The notes under the pieces were generated by a model. That model saw only the letters and a program-made list of their open reading frames with translations. It was not told the origin of the DNA and made no database searches. Below are positions 1 through 9,781 of a stretch of 64,000 bases of DNA, one piece after another. The position numbers were made by a program, and so were the translations under genes. Source of the DNA: Verrucomicrobiota bacterium (lineage in GTDB: Bacteria; Verrucomicrobiota; Verrucomicrobiia; Limisphaerales; UBA8199). Each line of letters opens with the position of its first letter. Positions within the stretch are counted from its first letter, which is position 1. Location: contig DAOPPX010000001.1 of the NCBI GenBank assembly GCA_035358715.1, positions 18,412-82,411 of the forward strand, given 5' to 3'.

Positions 1-282
1 TCAATCCACATAGCTTTCCAGCCGGACTCCTCTGCGACACGGATCCCCGCGACAGAGTCTTTCAAGCTGATGGACAGATTAGGTGGCCTTTCAAGTCATG
101 GCGAACAGACTTGTTTTTTGAGCGTGAGATCATACAATCGCCCACGATTGGGTGTCCGTGGTCCCCTTTGCGGTTCCCCCACCACCGCCCTCCCCCGACT
201 ACGGACACCTGACTCTCGCCAAGGCAACGACTTAACTATGAGCGGGACGACAGTGCTCACCAACCGTTTCGCAGGCCGGCAG

Positions 283-792
283 CTATGGTTCGTCCTGCAG
301 CGTGGCATCGAAAGGAAAGCCGAAGTACTCAAAAACCCGCTTACTGCGTTCGTAAACCCGTTCTTCGAACATTTCAGCCCGGTCACAGAGCTGATTCATC
401 GGCACGAAATCCCTTTTCAAGAAATTGAGAATATCGAGCGGGTCACAAGTGATCGCCACGGCATCTCGTCCGTCCACGTTCACCGCGGTCAACGAGGGAA
501 GACAACAGAACACCATCGCCTTAAGTGTACCCACATCCAGATTGGAAAAGTAAAGCCAGTACGGCCAGGCGTCGTGGAAAGCCGAATAGAACCGCCGAAC
601 CTCTGGAATCGAGTGGATTTCGCGCGGGTCATCGTCGTAACCCTCAATGCAGAAAACAATGCGGTCCATCATTTCCCGCAGGCGGCGACCTGTGGGGAGC
701 TTGTCCGGCGCGTAGAGGTTCAGAAAGTGGCTGAAATCGCCACGTTCGACCTTGGTTCGGCTGAACTGATAGAAGATCAGGTCACTGTCCAT
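283..792 (-). CDS. hypothetical protein, distal gene of the AAA+/DUF1257/DUF2997/WGR operon
   Basis: 169-aa ATG-initiated ORF, co-directional with six upstream genes (62-nt gap). Balanced composition, unlike the R/G/P-rich antisense ORF 70..915. No catalytic motif recognised. Confidence 0.5.
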   Translation of the reverse strand: MDSDLIFYQFSRTKVERGDFSHFLNLYAPDKLPTGRRLREMMDRIVFCIEGYDDDPREIHSIPEVRRFYSAFHDAWPYWLYFSNLDVGTLKAMVFCCLPSLTAVNVDGRDAVAITCDPLDILNFLKRDFVPMNQLCDRAEMFEERVYERSKRVFEYFGFPFDATLQDEP

Positions 793-854
793 CGTGAAAA
801 CCAGGATAGCCGACGAGCGCCCACACTGCGACCGCCTTTTGCTCTTGAAGCAGG

Positions 855-1253
855 CTACGATTTCTCGCGGACAGACAGGACTTCGTATTCGGAATTCATC
901 TCCGTGAAATCGTGATTGCCGGCCTGCTCAAGAGCGCTTCTCGCCGCCTCCTCCGCGGTGACATCTGAAACCTCGAAGGTCTTGCTGCCGTAGCCGATTC
1001 GGGTGATCCCCACGCAGAATGTCCTTTTTCTCGGGCTCCTTCCAGCTTTGGCCGGCTCTCGGCCCGCACGTTCAGGACCGCTGACGTCCACAATGCGGAT
1101 TTTGGCTGGGATGCCTTGGAGAAGGGGCTTGAGCAACTCAGTCCAATCTGCCCGGCGCAGCTTCCTCTCCAAAGCCTGAGTAATGCCGCAGGGCAGATCA
1201 CTTGAGCCGCGAAATTCGAGGACCGCTTGGTTGAGGAGGACTTGCTTGCTCAT
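855..1253 (-). CDS. hypothetical protein
   Basis: 132-aa ATG ORF, 66 nt downstream of the WGR gene on the same strand. No motif recognised. Confidence 0.5.
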   Translation of the reverse strand: MSKQVLLNQAVLEFRGSSDLPCGITQALERKLRRADWTELLKPLLQGIPAKIRIVDVSGPERAGREPAKAGRSPRKRTFCVGITRIGYGSKTFEVSDVTAEEAARSALEQAGNHDFTEMNSEYEVLSVREKS

Positions 1254-1319
1254 GCGTCTGTGTTTGCCGCTGAATTGGTCGCTTCCCTTGGGCGATCCGT
1301 CAGCCTGTCCGGGCCAGAA

Positions 1320-2027
1320 TCACAAATCCAGGCAACGCTGGCCCAGGGCGGCAAACTTAGAAATGACCTGCCGGTCAAAACCGGGGGCGGAGATGTCGGC
1401 CAGCTCTGGCGCCTCTTCGTCGCCTGCACCGTTGTCGAACAGGTTCCGCGCGCCGACCGCAGCGAACTTGACCGTCTTCAGCGCCTCGGCGACGGTGACA
1501 GCCATGTCGCGAAGCATCTGGCGAACCGTGTTGGCAAATCGCTCCCCCTCGCCGACGACTGGATTCCGGGTACTGAAAGAGATGCTGCGATCGTGCTCGC
1601 TGATGCCGTCCCCCAACTGCCAGGTCCCGCTGCGTGAGAGCAACAGCCGCGTCACCCCCTTGCTCCAGGAGTTGAGCACCTCCACGTAGATGTATTTGCT
1701 GGGGTCGTAATTGTTCAGCAGGGCCAGGGTCTTACCCTTGAGATCCACCCAGAGCAGCCGCTTGATCTTGTTTTCAATGCCCAGTGATTTGGCCGTCTGG
1801 GCTTCTTTCTTGAGTTCGGTTTCGGAAGCCTCCCTGTATCCTTTGCGGAGCTTCTCGGAAATTTTCCCGTCAACGAAGGCGTGGAGGCTCGCAGGGTTGC
1901 TGAACGTTTTGACCTGGCTCTCAGAATTCCCGCCGATGCGCCCCCAACTGACGTGAACGCTCAGGCCTTCCACCCGGTACTGCCAATATTTGTTGTGTTG
2001 ATCTTCGCGGTTTATGTAAATGGGCAT
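1320..2027 (-). CDS. WGR-domain protein
   Basis: 235-aa ORF. N-terminus NKYWQYRVEGLSVHVSWGRIGGNSESQVKTF...KISEKLRKGYRE fits the WGR signature (W, WGRIG, KGY). C-terminal ~150 aa unassigned. Confidence 0.8.
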   Translation of the reverse strand: MPIYINREDQHNKYWQYRVEGLSVHVSWGRIGGNSESQVKTFSNPASLHAFVDGKISEKLRKGYREASETELKKEAQTAKSLGIENKIKRLLWVDLKGKTLALLNNYDPSKYIYVEVLNSWSKGVTRLLLSRSGTWQLGDGISEHDRSISFSTRNPVVGEGERFANTVRQMLRDMAVTVAEALKTVKFAAVGARNLFDNGAGDEEAPELADISAPGFDRQVISKFAALGQRCLDL

Positions 2028-2031
2028 GGAC

Positions 2032-2289
2032 TTACTCCTTTGGAATCGGGGTCAAATGTTGACGAAGCCAGTTGGCCTCCGCCTGGAGGGCGGTATCCCG
2101 GCGACGGAATGGTCCAAGCAAAGGCCCGTTGACCGGCCTGAGATCGACGTTCCATCCGCCATTTCCCGGCTCCACATGGCTGGCCCGCCGGGTGACAACC
2201 TTTCCTGCCTGAAATGCTTCGGCTAGATCATCCTGGTGGATAAAGCGAATCTCACCTTCACGGACTACGATCTGTAGTTCCTGGAGCAT
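2032..2289 (-). CDS. hypothetical protein
   Basis: 85-aa ATG ORF wedged between neighbours (8-nt and 4-nt gaps). Contains TRRASHVEP...LGPF segment. Family not identified. Confidence 0.55.
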   Translation of the reverse strand: MLQELQIVVREGEIRFIHQDDLAEAFQAGKVVTRRASHVEPGNGGWNVDLRPVNGPLLGPFRRRDTALQAEANWLRQHLTPIPKE

Positions 2290-2297
2290 TCTTGAGA

Positions 2298-2501
2298 TCA
2301 GTTCACCGGGGACCCGCCGAGGCGTTGTTTGGCGCCGGCCGCTTGTTGTTGATAGAACTCCGGCTTCTTCTGGACGGACTCTGTTCTTCCCAGAGCCGTT
2401 TCAAGGCTTTTGGTCAGGTCTTGGCAGGCTGATCCTTTGACGCCGGCGACGTCGATGTTCACCTTGCCGTCTTTGCCGATGATGAGCTTGATTTCCTGCA
2501 T
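2298..2501 (-). CDS. small protein resembling DUF2997
   Basis: 67 aa from internal ATG at 2501; the track ORF 2298..2696 runs into the upstream gene. MQEIKLIIGKDGKVNIDVAGVKGSACQDLT resembles, from memory, the DUF2997 family that accompanies DUF1257. Upstream stop is 2 nt away. Confidence 0.6.
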   Translation of the reverse strand: MQEIKLIIGKDGKVNIDVAGVKGSACQDLTKSLETALGRTESVQKKPEFYQQQAAGAKQRLGGSPVN

Positions 2502-2503
2502 GG

Positions 2504-2953
2504 TCAGTACTTTCTCAGGGTGATCACGGTCTCCTGTGTCGCCGTATCCAATCGTTCGCTGTAGCTCCAGCCCTTGGACTTGGCGAATTGCCGGGCTTTC
2601 CTCACAGCGACTTCCTTGGTGTATGCCGAGATAAGCGTCGTGCCGCCTTCGCCAATCTTTTCGCGAAGCCCGTATCCACCCTGCCAGAAATCCCACAGGG
2701 GAATGAACACATCGCCCCGCTTGACCAGGCCGACTTCATAAGCATTGCGGTTGCCCTTGACGGCTATGGCGTGGTCGCACTTGCCCAAGTCCGCTTTGGC
2801 GAATCCCAAAGGGATGGGGTAATCGCCCACGTGCTGGCCATACCAACGGTAGGTCCTTTGGTTCTCACGGAACTCCAGACCAAGCGCCGCGCAGACAGCT
2901 TTGAGCGCGTCGAGATCCTTGAGTTCAACGGCGATGACAGTGACGTGCGACAT
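2504..2953 (-). CDS. DUF1257 (Ycf35-like) family protein
   Basis: 149-aa ORF. MSHVTVIAVELKDLDALKAVCAALGL, KCDHAIAV, YEVGLV pattern recalled for DUF1257. Starts 19 nt after the AAA+ stop. Confidence 0.65.
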   Translation of the reverse strand: MSHVTVIAVELKDLDALKAVCAALGLEFRENQRTYRWYGQHVGDYPIPLGFAKADLGKCDHAIAVKGNRNAYEVGLVKRGDVFIPLWDFWQGGYGLREKIGEGGTTLISAYTKEVAVRKARQFAKSKGWSYSERLDTATQETVITLRKY

Positions 2954-2972
2954 AAAATGCGGAATTTTCGGT

Positions 2973-4592
2973 TCAGATGTCCAACTGCCGTCCGGCGCCG
3001 GTTTTGCCGGAGGCTTTGCCCTTCTCGACCCGGCTGGCGTTGAGCGCGTTGCTCTCGGCCCATTTCGCCATGGCCTCCAACTCCGGCGCCTTCGATTTGG
3101 AGAGCGGGTTTGTCTCCTTGATGGCCTTCAGGATGTCTTCTCCGGTCAGATCGCGGTCGTGGTGGAAGGCGGTGAAGAGCCCGCTGACCACAGCCTCCTC
3201 CAGTTCAGCGCCGCTGAAGCCTGCGGATTCGGCGACCATTTGGCTGATGTCCTTTTCGGCAAAGTCCTCCGCCTTGCGGCCATATTTCTGGATGTGGATA
3301 CGCACGATGTCCGCGCGCTCTTTATCCGAGGGCAAATCGACAAAGAAAATTTCGTCAAAACGCCCCTTGCGGAGCAGTTCTGGGGGCAGCCCTTCGATCC
3401 GGTTGACGGTGGCGATAACGAAGCAGGGCTTGGCCTTCTCCTGCATCCAACTAAGAAAATTTCCAAAAACCCTCTGGCTGGTGCCCCCGTCGGTGGTGCC
3501 GTTGCCTCCCATGCCGGCGAAGGCTTTCTCCATTTCATCAATCCAGAGAACGCAACTGCCGATTGCCTCGGCAGTCTGTATGGCCAGCCGCATGTTGCTT
3601 TCCGATTCGCCGACCAGGCCGCCAAACACGCGACCGATGTCGAAGCGGATCAAAGGCACCCCCCAGATATTGCTGGCCGCTTTGGCGGAAAGCGACTTCC
3701 CGCAGCCGGGGATTCCGACCAACAGGATCCCGCGCGGCATGGGCAGCTTGAATTCGCGCGCCTTGCGGGTGAACGCCTTGCTGCGCATCGACAGCCAGAG
3801 CTTGAGGTTCTCCAGCCCGCCGATGTCGTTGGCGGTCTGGGACGCCTCGAAGAATTCCAGGATGCCGGTCTTGCGGACGGCCAGGGCCTTCTCCCTGAGC
3901 ACCAGTTTGGAGATCGGCGGCCGGTTCTTCTTGTCGCCGGAAACGCTTTCAACGACGGCTTTGGCCAGCGCGTTTTCGGCCTCCACGGTGGTCAACCCCA
4001 TGGCGGCCTGGACAATTCGCTCCCGCTCGTCCTCAGGAATCGCCCCGATCTTGGCTTTATTGGGTTCGTAGAGTTTGGTGAAGACGTGTTCGATTTCCTC
4101 GCGTTGCGGCAGGTCGAATTCGAGCAGGGTGACGTCGCGCTCCAAATCTTTGGGAAGCCGGGGGACTGGACTGGTGATGATCAGGGTTTTGGAGGTTTGC
4201 TTGAAGTCGCGAGCAATGTCGCGCAGCAGCCGGACCACTTTCTCAGACGAAAAGAACGCCTGTAAATCTCGTGCCACATAGATCGTGTTATCAGCGCCGC
4301 CCTTGATAGCGATCAAGGCTTCAATCGGGTCTTCGGTCTGTTCAACGTTCTTCCCGTTGGGATCCATGAAGCCCTCAGTGTGGGACCAGATGCGCAGCTT
4401 GTATTTGGCCTCCTGAGCGGCTTTTTGAATGGCCAGTTCCGCGCGGCCCTCCTCTGGCGTAACGAGGTAAAGAATCGGATAGCGGGCTTTGACGTAAGGC
4501 AGGAGGTTCATGAATTCGACGCTTTGTCTCTGAAGAAACTGGTTTGCCGGAGTTTCCTTAATCTCGCTTCCTGGTGCGCAGATACGAGCCAC
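2973..4592 (-). CDS. Ycf46-type AAA+ ATPase
   Basis: 539-aa ORF. N-terminal KARYPILYLVTPEEGR (Ycf46-like). Walker A GIPGCGKS, Walker B VLWIDEMEKAF, LLRKGRFDEIFFVDLP. Confidence 0.9.
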   Translation of the reverse strand: MARICAPGSEIKETPANQFLQRQSVEFMNLLPYVKARYPILYLVTPEEGRAELAIQKAAQEAKYKLRIWSHTEGFMDPNGKNVEQTEDPIEALIAIKGGADNTIYVARDLQAFFSSEKVVRLLRDIARDFKQTSKTLIITSPVPRLPKDLERDVTLLEFDLPQREEIEHVFTKLYEPNKAKIGAIPEDERERIVQAAMGLTTVEAENALAKAVVESVSGDKKNRPPISKLVLREKALAVRKTGILEFFEASQTANDIGGLENLKLWLSMRSKAFTRKAREFKLPMPRGILLVGIPGCGKSLSAKAASNIWGVPLIRFDIGRVFGGLVGESESNMRLAIQTAEAIGSCVLWIDEMEKAFAGMGGNGTTDGGTSQRVFGNFLSWMQEKAKPCFVIATVNRIEGLPPELLRKGRFDEIFFVDLPSDKERADIVRIHIQKYGRKAEDFAEKDISQMVAESAGFSGAELEEAVVSGLFTAFHHDRDLTGEDILKAIKETNPLSKSKAPELEAMAKWAESNALNASRVEKGKASGKTGAGRQLDI

Positions 4593-4701
4593 GACTTCAG
4601 CGAGATCGCGTGCTGAGCGGAGCTTGTTTAGCCAACCACTCTCCTCTCCCGTGCGAACGGCTCACCTCGACACTCTGTGCCACCGACTTTAAGTTCATTT
4701 C

Positions 4702-5259
4702 GTGCGTGTAGCCTTCAAAGAATGGGAAATCGTCGTGGACGCGCTGGGCCGTGGGGATCAAATCCTCCTGTTGCGCAAGGGTGGTATTCACGAGGGACGC
4801 GGGGGCTTTCGCCCCGAGCATCAGCGGTTCCTGCTGTTTCCCACGCGCTACCATCAGCAGCGCGAGTGCGTGGTGGGCAGCGCTCAGGCGCGGTTCGACG
4901 AGATGTTGCACCAGGGGCCGGATTCAGGCGGGATGGTCCATTTGGAATTCGGCGCTGAATTGGTGGAGGCACGCCGACTGGAAACTCTCTCGCAGGCCAA
5001 GGCGCTGCGCGGCCAGCATATCTGGCGAGACGAGGTCATTGAGCGAAGATTTGACTGGGGGAAAGACCGGGCCATCTACGTGCTTGCCGTGCGGGTGCTT
5101 CGGTTGGCTCATGCCGTGGAACTCCCGATGACCACGGCCTACGCCGGCTGCCAATCCTGGATAAAGCTGGAGCGCGATATCGCCGCAGACGGCGCCACGC
5201 CGGTATTGGATGATGCGGCGTTTGAAAAGAAGCTCGCAGAGTTCCACACGGTCGGTTAA
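4702..5259 (+). CDS. DUF1802-like protein
   Basis: 185-aa ORF. KEWEIVVDALGRGDQILLLRKGGIHE...FLLFPTRYHQQ resembles DUF1802. Divergent from the AAA+ gene across a 109-nt gap. Confidence 0.7.
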   Translation: MRVAFKEWEIVVDALGRGDQILLLRKGGIHEGRGGFRPEHQRFLLFPTRYHQQRECVVGSAQARFDEMLHQGPDSGGMVHLEFGAELVEARRLETLSQAKALRGQHIWRDEVIERRFDWGKDRAIYVLAVRVLRLAHAVELPMTTAYAGCQSWIKLERDIAADGATPVLDDAAFEKKLAEFHTVG

Positions 5260-5362
5260 ATCCGGGTCGTCAGGTCGAGGTGCCGGGACAAAGTTTGGGG
5301 ACATTCGCTTCCCTTGAGCCCGGTTTGAGGCAGGTGCATTCTCTGGCAAAAAGCGTCCTGTT

Positions 5363-6565
5363 ATGTTGAACGCACCAGAATCGCCGAAGACTGCGACCAC
5401 GCATGCCGTGGCCGTGCCAGTGCTCGGGCGTGACGGAAACGGAGCAGCCGATGGTTGCCCGAGCATCATTTGCGACCTCGCCGAGGGGAACGCCTTCGTC
5501 GAGAGCTACGGGAAGCCGCACATTCCGGTAATGTCTTCATTTGGGGCCGGACGTTTGCATGCGTGCAGGATGAACGGATCTTGGGATTTGGAGCGGATGG
5601 CCTCGGGGTATGCCAGTGCGTTGTTCCGGTCCATCCGCAAGCTCGTCTCGCCGAACGGCAAGGAAACCACGAAGGCGTGGGATGACCTAACCTTTCGGTT
5701 CGGGCCTCGGGCGTTTCTGTACGCCGATGAAAACAGGATTATCGGATTTGCTGCTACGGCGGCGGAAGCCGAGCGTCTGGTGGGGGAGTGCAGCGAACAA
5801 TACAGGAAACCCGCGCCTGCGAGTCCGTCGGGAGGGGAGTTCCATTTAATCCAGCATGATGGGGACAAGATCGGAACGAAAAGGGTGCCTCTTTCTCCGG
5901 ACACGATCCTCGAACGGGGCGCCATGGATATGCACTACGGCGATGGCGCCGGAGAATGGCATGAGGGCTTCGTGCGGAAGCTTTGTGCGAGGCCCAATGG
6001 CTTGACCATTTTCGAGGGGAAACCCGGTACGGGCAAGACGTTCTACATCCGCCACCTTATGGGTGAGCTCAGGGAAAGGCATCGGTTCTACTTCATTCCG
6101 ACCTCGTCCATGGAAATCCTCTCCAAGCCTGGTTTTGTCGGTTTCTGGGCTGATCAGCGGCGGGAGTACTCAGAGGGTCAGTTTGTGGTAATCCTGGAGG
6201 ATGCCGACGCCGCCCTGATGGTGCGCGGTTCTGACAACCGCGACCAGGTCAGCGCTCTATTGAACCTCTCGGATGGAATGCTGGGCGATTTCTTGCGCCT
6301 GCAAGTCATTTGCACAATCAATTGTTCTGCTGCCGATATTGATCCAGCGCTGCTCCGGCCTGGCCGGATGCTCTGTCATCGGCTTTTCCGTCGCCTCGAC
6401 TACCAGCAGGCAGCCCGTCTCGCTCAAAGCCTGGGCAGGAAACTGCCGGTGGTGCGTGATTATTCCCTTGCGGAAATTTTTGCTGGCAACAGCGCGGAGG
6501 AAATCAACCGCCCACGCATTGGATTCGCGGCATGCGAAACGCAAGCTCCCTGTGGCCCGCGATGA
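5363..6565 (+). CDS. AAA+ ATPase with unassigned N-terminal domain
   Basis: 400-aa ORF. C-terminal classical AAA module: Walker A GKPGTGKT, Walker B VVILEDADAAL, LLRPGRM. First ~200 aa unassigned. Exact start uncertain. Confidence 0.85.
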   Translation: MLNAPESPKTATTHAVAVPVLGRDGNGAADGCPSIICDLAEGNAFVESYGKPHIPVMSSFGAGRLHACRMNGSWDLERMASGYASALFRSIRKLVSPNGKETTKAWDDLTFRFGPRAFLYADENRIIGFAATAAEAERLVGECSEQYRKPAPASPSGGEFHLIQHDGDKIGTKRVPLSPDTILERGAMDMHYGDGAGEWHEGFVRKLCARPNGLTIFEGKPGTGKTFYIRHLMGELRERHRFYFIPTSSMEILSKPGFVGFWADQRREYSEGQFVVILEDADAALMVRGSDNRDQVSALLNLSDGMLGDFLRLQVICTINCSAADIDPALLRPGRMLCHRLFRRLDYQQAARLAQSLGRKLPVVRDYSLAEIFAGNSAEEINRPRIGFAACETQAPCGPR

Positions 6566-6568
6566 TTT

Positions 6569-7312
6569 ATGCGCCTCCACGTTTTGAGCGATTTACACCA
6601 GGAACTTGGCGATTATACGCCCAAGCGACTGGATGTGGACGTGGTGGTTTTGGCAGGCGACATCCATCAGGGTGGTCAGGGCATTCAGTGGGCGCAAAGG
6701 CATTTTTCCAAGAAAGAGGTGATCTACGTCATGGGCAACCATGAATTTTACGGCTGCGACGTGCAGTATTTGGTGCAGGGCTGCCAGGCTGAAGCCCGAG
6801 GCGCCAACATTCACCTTTTGGAGAATCAATCCGTTCAAATCCGCGGCGTCACTTTTCTTGGATGCACGCTGTGGACGGACTTCAAGCTCTGGCCAAAGCT
6901 GGCGGAGGCAATGGCGGCGGCTAATGATTACATCAATGATTTCAGGTTGATAAGAGCCGGGTCCGGCCGGCTGCGCCCAGAAGACACGGTCCAATTTCAC
7001 CAAGCCTCCGTTGCCTGGTTGAAATCCGAACTCAGAAAGAGCGACCCAAAGAAAACAGTGATTGTGACGCACCACGCCCCCAGCGCCCGATCTATCCCGC
7101 CGCAAAACATCGGCGACATAATAAATGCCGCGTTCGCCTCAAATTTGGATTCGCTCATTCGTGCCAGCCGGGTTCCGCTCTGGATTCATGGCCACACGCA
7201 TTACAACGTGGATTACAAAATTGGCACGACGCGCATTTACAGCAACCAGCGTGGGTATCCCGAAGAGAAATTGCCGCGCTTTGAACCCGAAAGCATAATC
7301 GAGATTTTATGA
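6569..7312 (+). CDS. calcineurin-like metallophosphoesterase
   Basis: 247 aa. Motifs SDLHQE, AGDIHQG, GNHEFY, THHAP, GHTH. Starts 3 nt after the AAA+ stop. Confidence 0.88.
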   Translation: MRLHVLSDLHQELGDYTPKRLDVDVVVLAGDIHQGGQGIQWAQRHFSKKEVIYVMGNHEFYGCDVQYLVQGCQAEARGANIHLLENQSVQIRGVTFLGCTLWTDFKLWPKLAEAMAAANDYINDFRLIRAGSGRLRPEDTVQFHQASVAWLKSELRKSDPKKTVIVTHHAPSARSIPPQNIGDIINAAFASNLDSLIRASRVPLWIHGHTHYNVDYKIGTTRIYSNQRGYPEEKLPRFEPESIIEIL

Positions 7313-7899
7313 ATGCAGTTAGCGACGTGGGCCCCTCTAAAAGCAAATTCGCCGCTTTTGATTTTGAAACGGCTAACTATTCCCGCCTCAGCATCTGCGC
7401 CGCTGGACTGGCCGTATTTGAGGACGACACCCTGACAGAATCACTGTATTGGCTGGTTCGCCCGCCCAAAGGCCACGGCTGGTTCCGGGAGGATTTCATC
7501 GATTGCCACGGCTTGACGCATTTGGATGTTTTGGACGCGCCCGAATTTCCAGCCATCGCACCTGAATTCCTGTCCCGGTTGGAGAGTGCCGATTTCGTAG
7601 TCGCCCACAACGCGGAGTTCGACGTTTGCCATCTGCGGGACACCTTGACTTTTTTCGGTTTGACATGCCCAACGTTTAATTATCTCTGCACATGCAAGCT
7701 GTCCCGCCGAACCTGGCCAGAGCTGCCGAGCCACAGTCTGGGCGCGCTAGCCGCTCATATCGGGCACTCGTTCCAGCACCATCATGCCCGCGAAGATGCA
7801 GAAGCGGCCGGACGGGTTATGATTGCAATCATGCGACAAAGAACGGTTACAGCTTTGGCAGCACGCCGCGAATCACGACCATTTCTCCCGCCGGCCTAA
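7309..7899 (+). CDS. DEDDh 3'-5' exonuclease (DnaQ/RNase T-like)
   Basis: 196 aa. FDFETA (ExoI), AHNAEFD (ExoII), HHAREDAEA (ExoIII). ATGA start/stop overlap with the phosphoesterase gene. Confidence 0.85.
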   Translation: MNAVSDVGPSKSKFAAFDFETANYSRLSICAAGLAVFEDDTLTESLYWLVRPPKGHGWFREDFIDCHGLTHLDVLDAPEFPAIAPEFLSRLESADFVVAHNAEFDVCHLRDTLTFFGLTCPTFNYLCTCKLSRRTWPELPSHSLGALAAHIGHSFQHHHAREDAEAAGRVMIAIMRQRTVTALAARRESRPFLPPA

Positions 7900-7954
7900 A
7901 CAATCCTGAATATCATTGTTCCAAACAGGTCGGAAAGCCACAATCCTTACAGAA

Positions 7955-9781
7955 ATGACGAACACCAAAGAAGACGATGTTGGCCCCGGACTCGCCACAT
8001 GCGACAGGCCCAATCCGACCGGCGAGGAGCAAGAACATCGTGTGAGGCTGTCCCTGAAAGCCGTTGCCGATTTGAAGAATTACCGCTTCTTTGTTCCGTC
8101 TTACCAGCGCGGCTACCGGTGGGAGCGGGAGCAAGTTAAGGCATTGCTCAATGACTTGCATGAGTTCGAACAGCGTCAATGTGTCGCCAACAAGTTCTAT
8201 TGTTTGCAGCCTCTCGTAGTGGTGAAGCGATCAGAAAACAGGTGGGAAGTCGTGGACGGGCAGCAACGCCTGACGACGATTTTCCTCCTTCTTCAACTTT
8301 TGTATTCCGGCAACTCGCCCCTTTTTCACATCTTTTATGAACGTCACGGACAAGAATTGGCCGATCTGCTTTCAAACGAAGGTAAACGCAACTCACCTGA
8401 TGCTTATTTCATCAGCGAGGCAAAAAAGCAAATTAAAACCTGGTTGGAGGAACATCCTGAAAACAAGCTGCTGACCTTGATGGCCGATTGTGACAGCAAT
8501 GGCCTCTCTGCCAAATTCATTTGGGATGAAATTAGCAATCACGGCGAAGCCGTTCAAGCGTTCACGCGGCTGAATTCCGGCAAAATCCGGCTGAATGATT
8601 CAGAGTTGATCCGTGCCTCTCTGCTTCAGTCGGGAATACTGCAGGAAAATCTTCGCCAACGCTTTGCCATCGAGTGGGATCGGATGGAATGCCGGCTTCA
8701 AAATCCGGAATTCTGGAGCTTTTTGAACGGAAAGGGGCAAGCCCCGGACATCCGGATTGAACTGCTGTTCAGCCTGCTCGCAAAGAACCAAGGCCCAGGC
8801 GACCGAAAGATTTTCGACGAGTTCTTCGATCGTTTGGCGAACGCCGAGAAACCTTCCGACGCACGGGAAACTCTATGGGCGGAAGTTGGCAAGCTTTTCT
8901 CAACGCTGGAGGAATGGTGCGAAGATCATTGCCTGTTTCACCTCATTGGCTTCTTGATTGATCTACAAGGCCAAGGCGAGCTGAAGCGAAAAGGTCTAAT
9001 CTTGAGGTTGCTCGGGGATGGGGAGAAGTTGGTAAAAACACAGTTCGTGCTGGAGCTGAAACGACTGATCCGGGAAAAGGTGCTGCCCGACGTGAACTCG
9101 ACCCAGGCCGTAAAGCCTTACTTGGAAAAATTGGAGTACGGAAATGAGCAAATTAGGCATGTGTTGCTCTGCCTGAATCTTGCAACCTTGCTTGCGGACA
9201 AAACCAGGACCGCCCGTTTTTCCTTTGCCGCCTATCACGGGAATGATTGGGATATTGAACATATCCGCGCAACGAATCTCCGGGAACCGGAATCAGTGGC
9301 TGAGTTGCGTGATACGATCGAAATCTCGTCCAAATACCTTGAATATTTGATTCCCAGGGCCGATCGGAGGAGGGACCAGGTCCGTAATATCCAAGAGCAG
9401 ATCAAAACAGACTCTTTAGATCAAAGCGGTTTGCGCGAACGCTTCAACGCCCTTGAAACAATTCTTCGGGAAATGGCTCCCGAAGGCACGGACAGTGACC
9501 CCATGCCGGCGAGCGATAATATCAAGAACTTGACACTGCTCGATTGCGCCACAAATCGCGGGTTCGGGAATTGTTGGTTTATGGTGAAGCGCTGGTGGGT
9601 TCTGAGGGTTGAGCGAGAAAAATACCTGCTGCCTTGTACCCGCAATGTCTTCACCAAAACTTACACCAACAGACCGGTTACTTTGCTGAATTGGACCGAA
9701 TCGGATGCCAATGACTACTTGGAGGCCATGGCCAAAGTGCTCACAGAATTTTTCAAAGTCGCCTGGGAAACAATGTCATGA
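7955..9781 (+). CDS. GmrSD-like DUF262 + DUF1524 (His-Me finger) protein, putative type IV restriction enzyme
   Basis: 608 aa from ATG 7955 (TTG 7916 is possible). N-terminal QRGYRWE and DGQQRLTT (DUF262/ParB-like). C-terminal WDIEHI...NLTLLDCATNRGFGN (DUF1524-like). Confidence 0.85.
   Translation: MTNTKEDDVGPGLATCDRPNPTGEEQEHRVRLSLKAVADLKNYRFFVPSYQRGYRWEREQVKALLNDLHEFEQRQCVANKFYCLQPLVVVKRSENRWEVVDGQQRLTTIFLLLQLLYSGNSPLFHIFYERHGQELADLLSNEGKRNSPDAYFISEAKKQIKTWLEEHPENKLLTLMADCDSNGLSAKFIWDEISNHGEAVQAFTRLNSGKIRLNDSELIRASLLQSGILQENLRQRFAIEWDRMECRLQNPEFWSFLNGKGQAPDIRIELLFSLLAKNQGPGDRKIFDEFFDRLANAEKPSDARETLWAEVGKLFSTLEEWCEDHCLFHLIGFLIDLQGQGELKRKGLILRLLGDGEKLVKTQFVLELKRLIREKVLPDVNSTQAVKPYLEKLEYGNEQIRHVLLCLNLATLLADKTRTARFSFAAYHGNDWDIEHIRATNLREPESVAELRDTIEISSKYLEYLIPRADRRRDQVRNIQEQIKTDSLDQSGLRERFNALETILREMAPEGTDSDPMPASDNIKNLTLLDCATNRGFGNCWFMVKRWWVLRVEREKYLLPCTRNVFTKTYTNRPVTLLNWTESDANDYLEAMAKVLTEFFKVAWETMS

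Noticed and set aside
70-915. 281-aa plus-strand ORF at the window start
   Set aside because: Overlaps the more protein-like minus-strand ORF 283..792, which continues the minus-strand operon. Composition looks antisense. Confidence in either call is only moderate.
2901-4265. 454-aa plus-strand ORF (and 2977..4071) overlapping the Ycf46-type AAA+ gene
   Set aside because: Antisense shadow in GC-rich DNA. Composition is R/G/A/L-rich and low in complexity, with no motifs. The minus strand carries unambiguous Walker A/B motifs.
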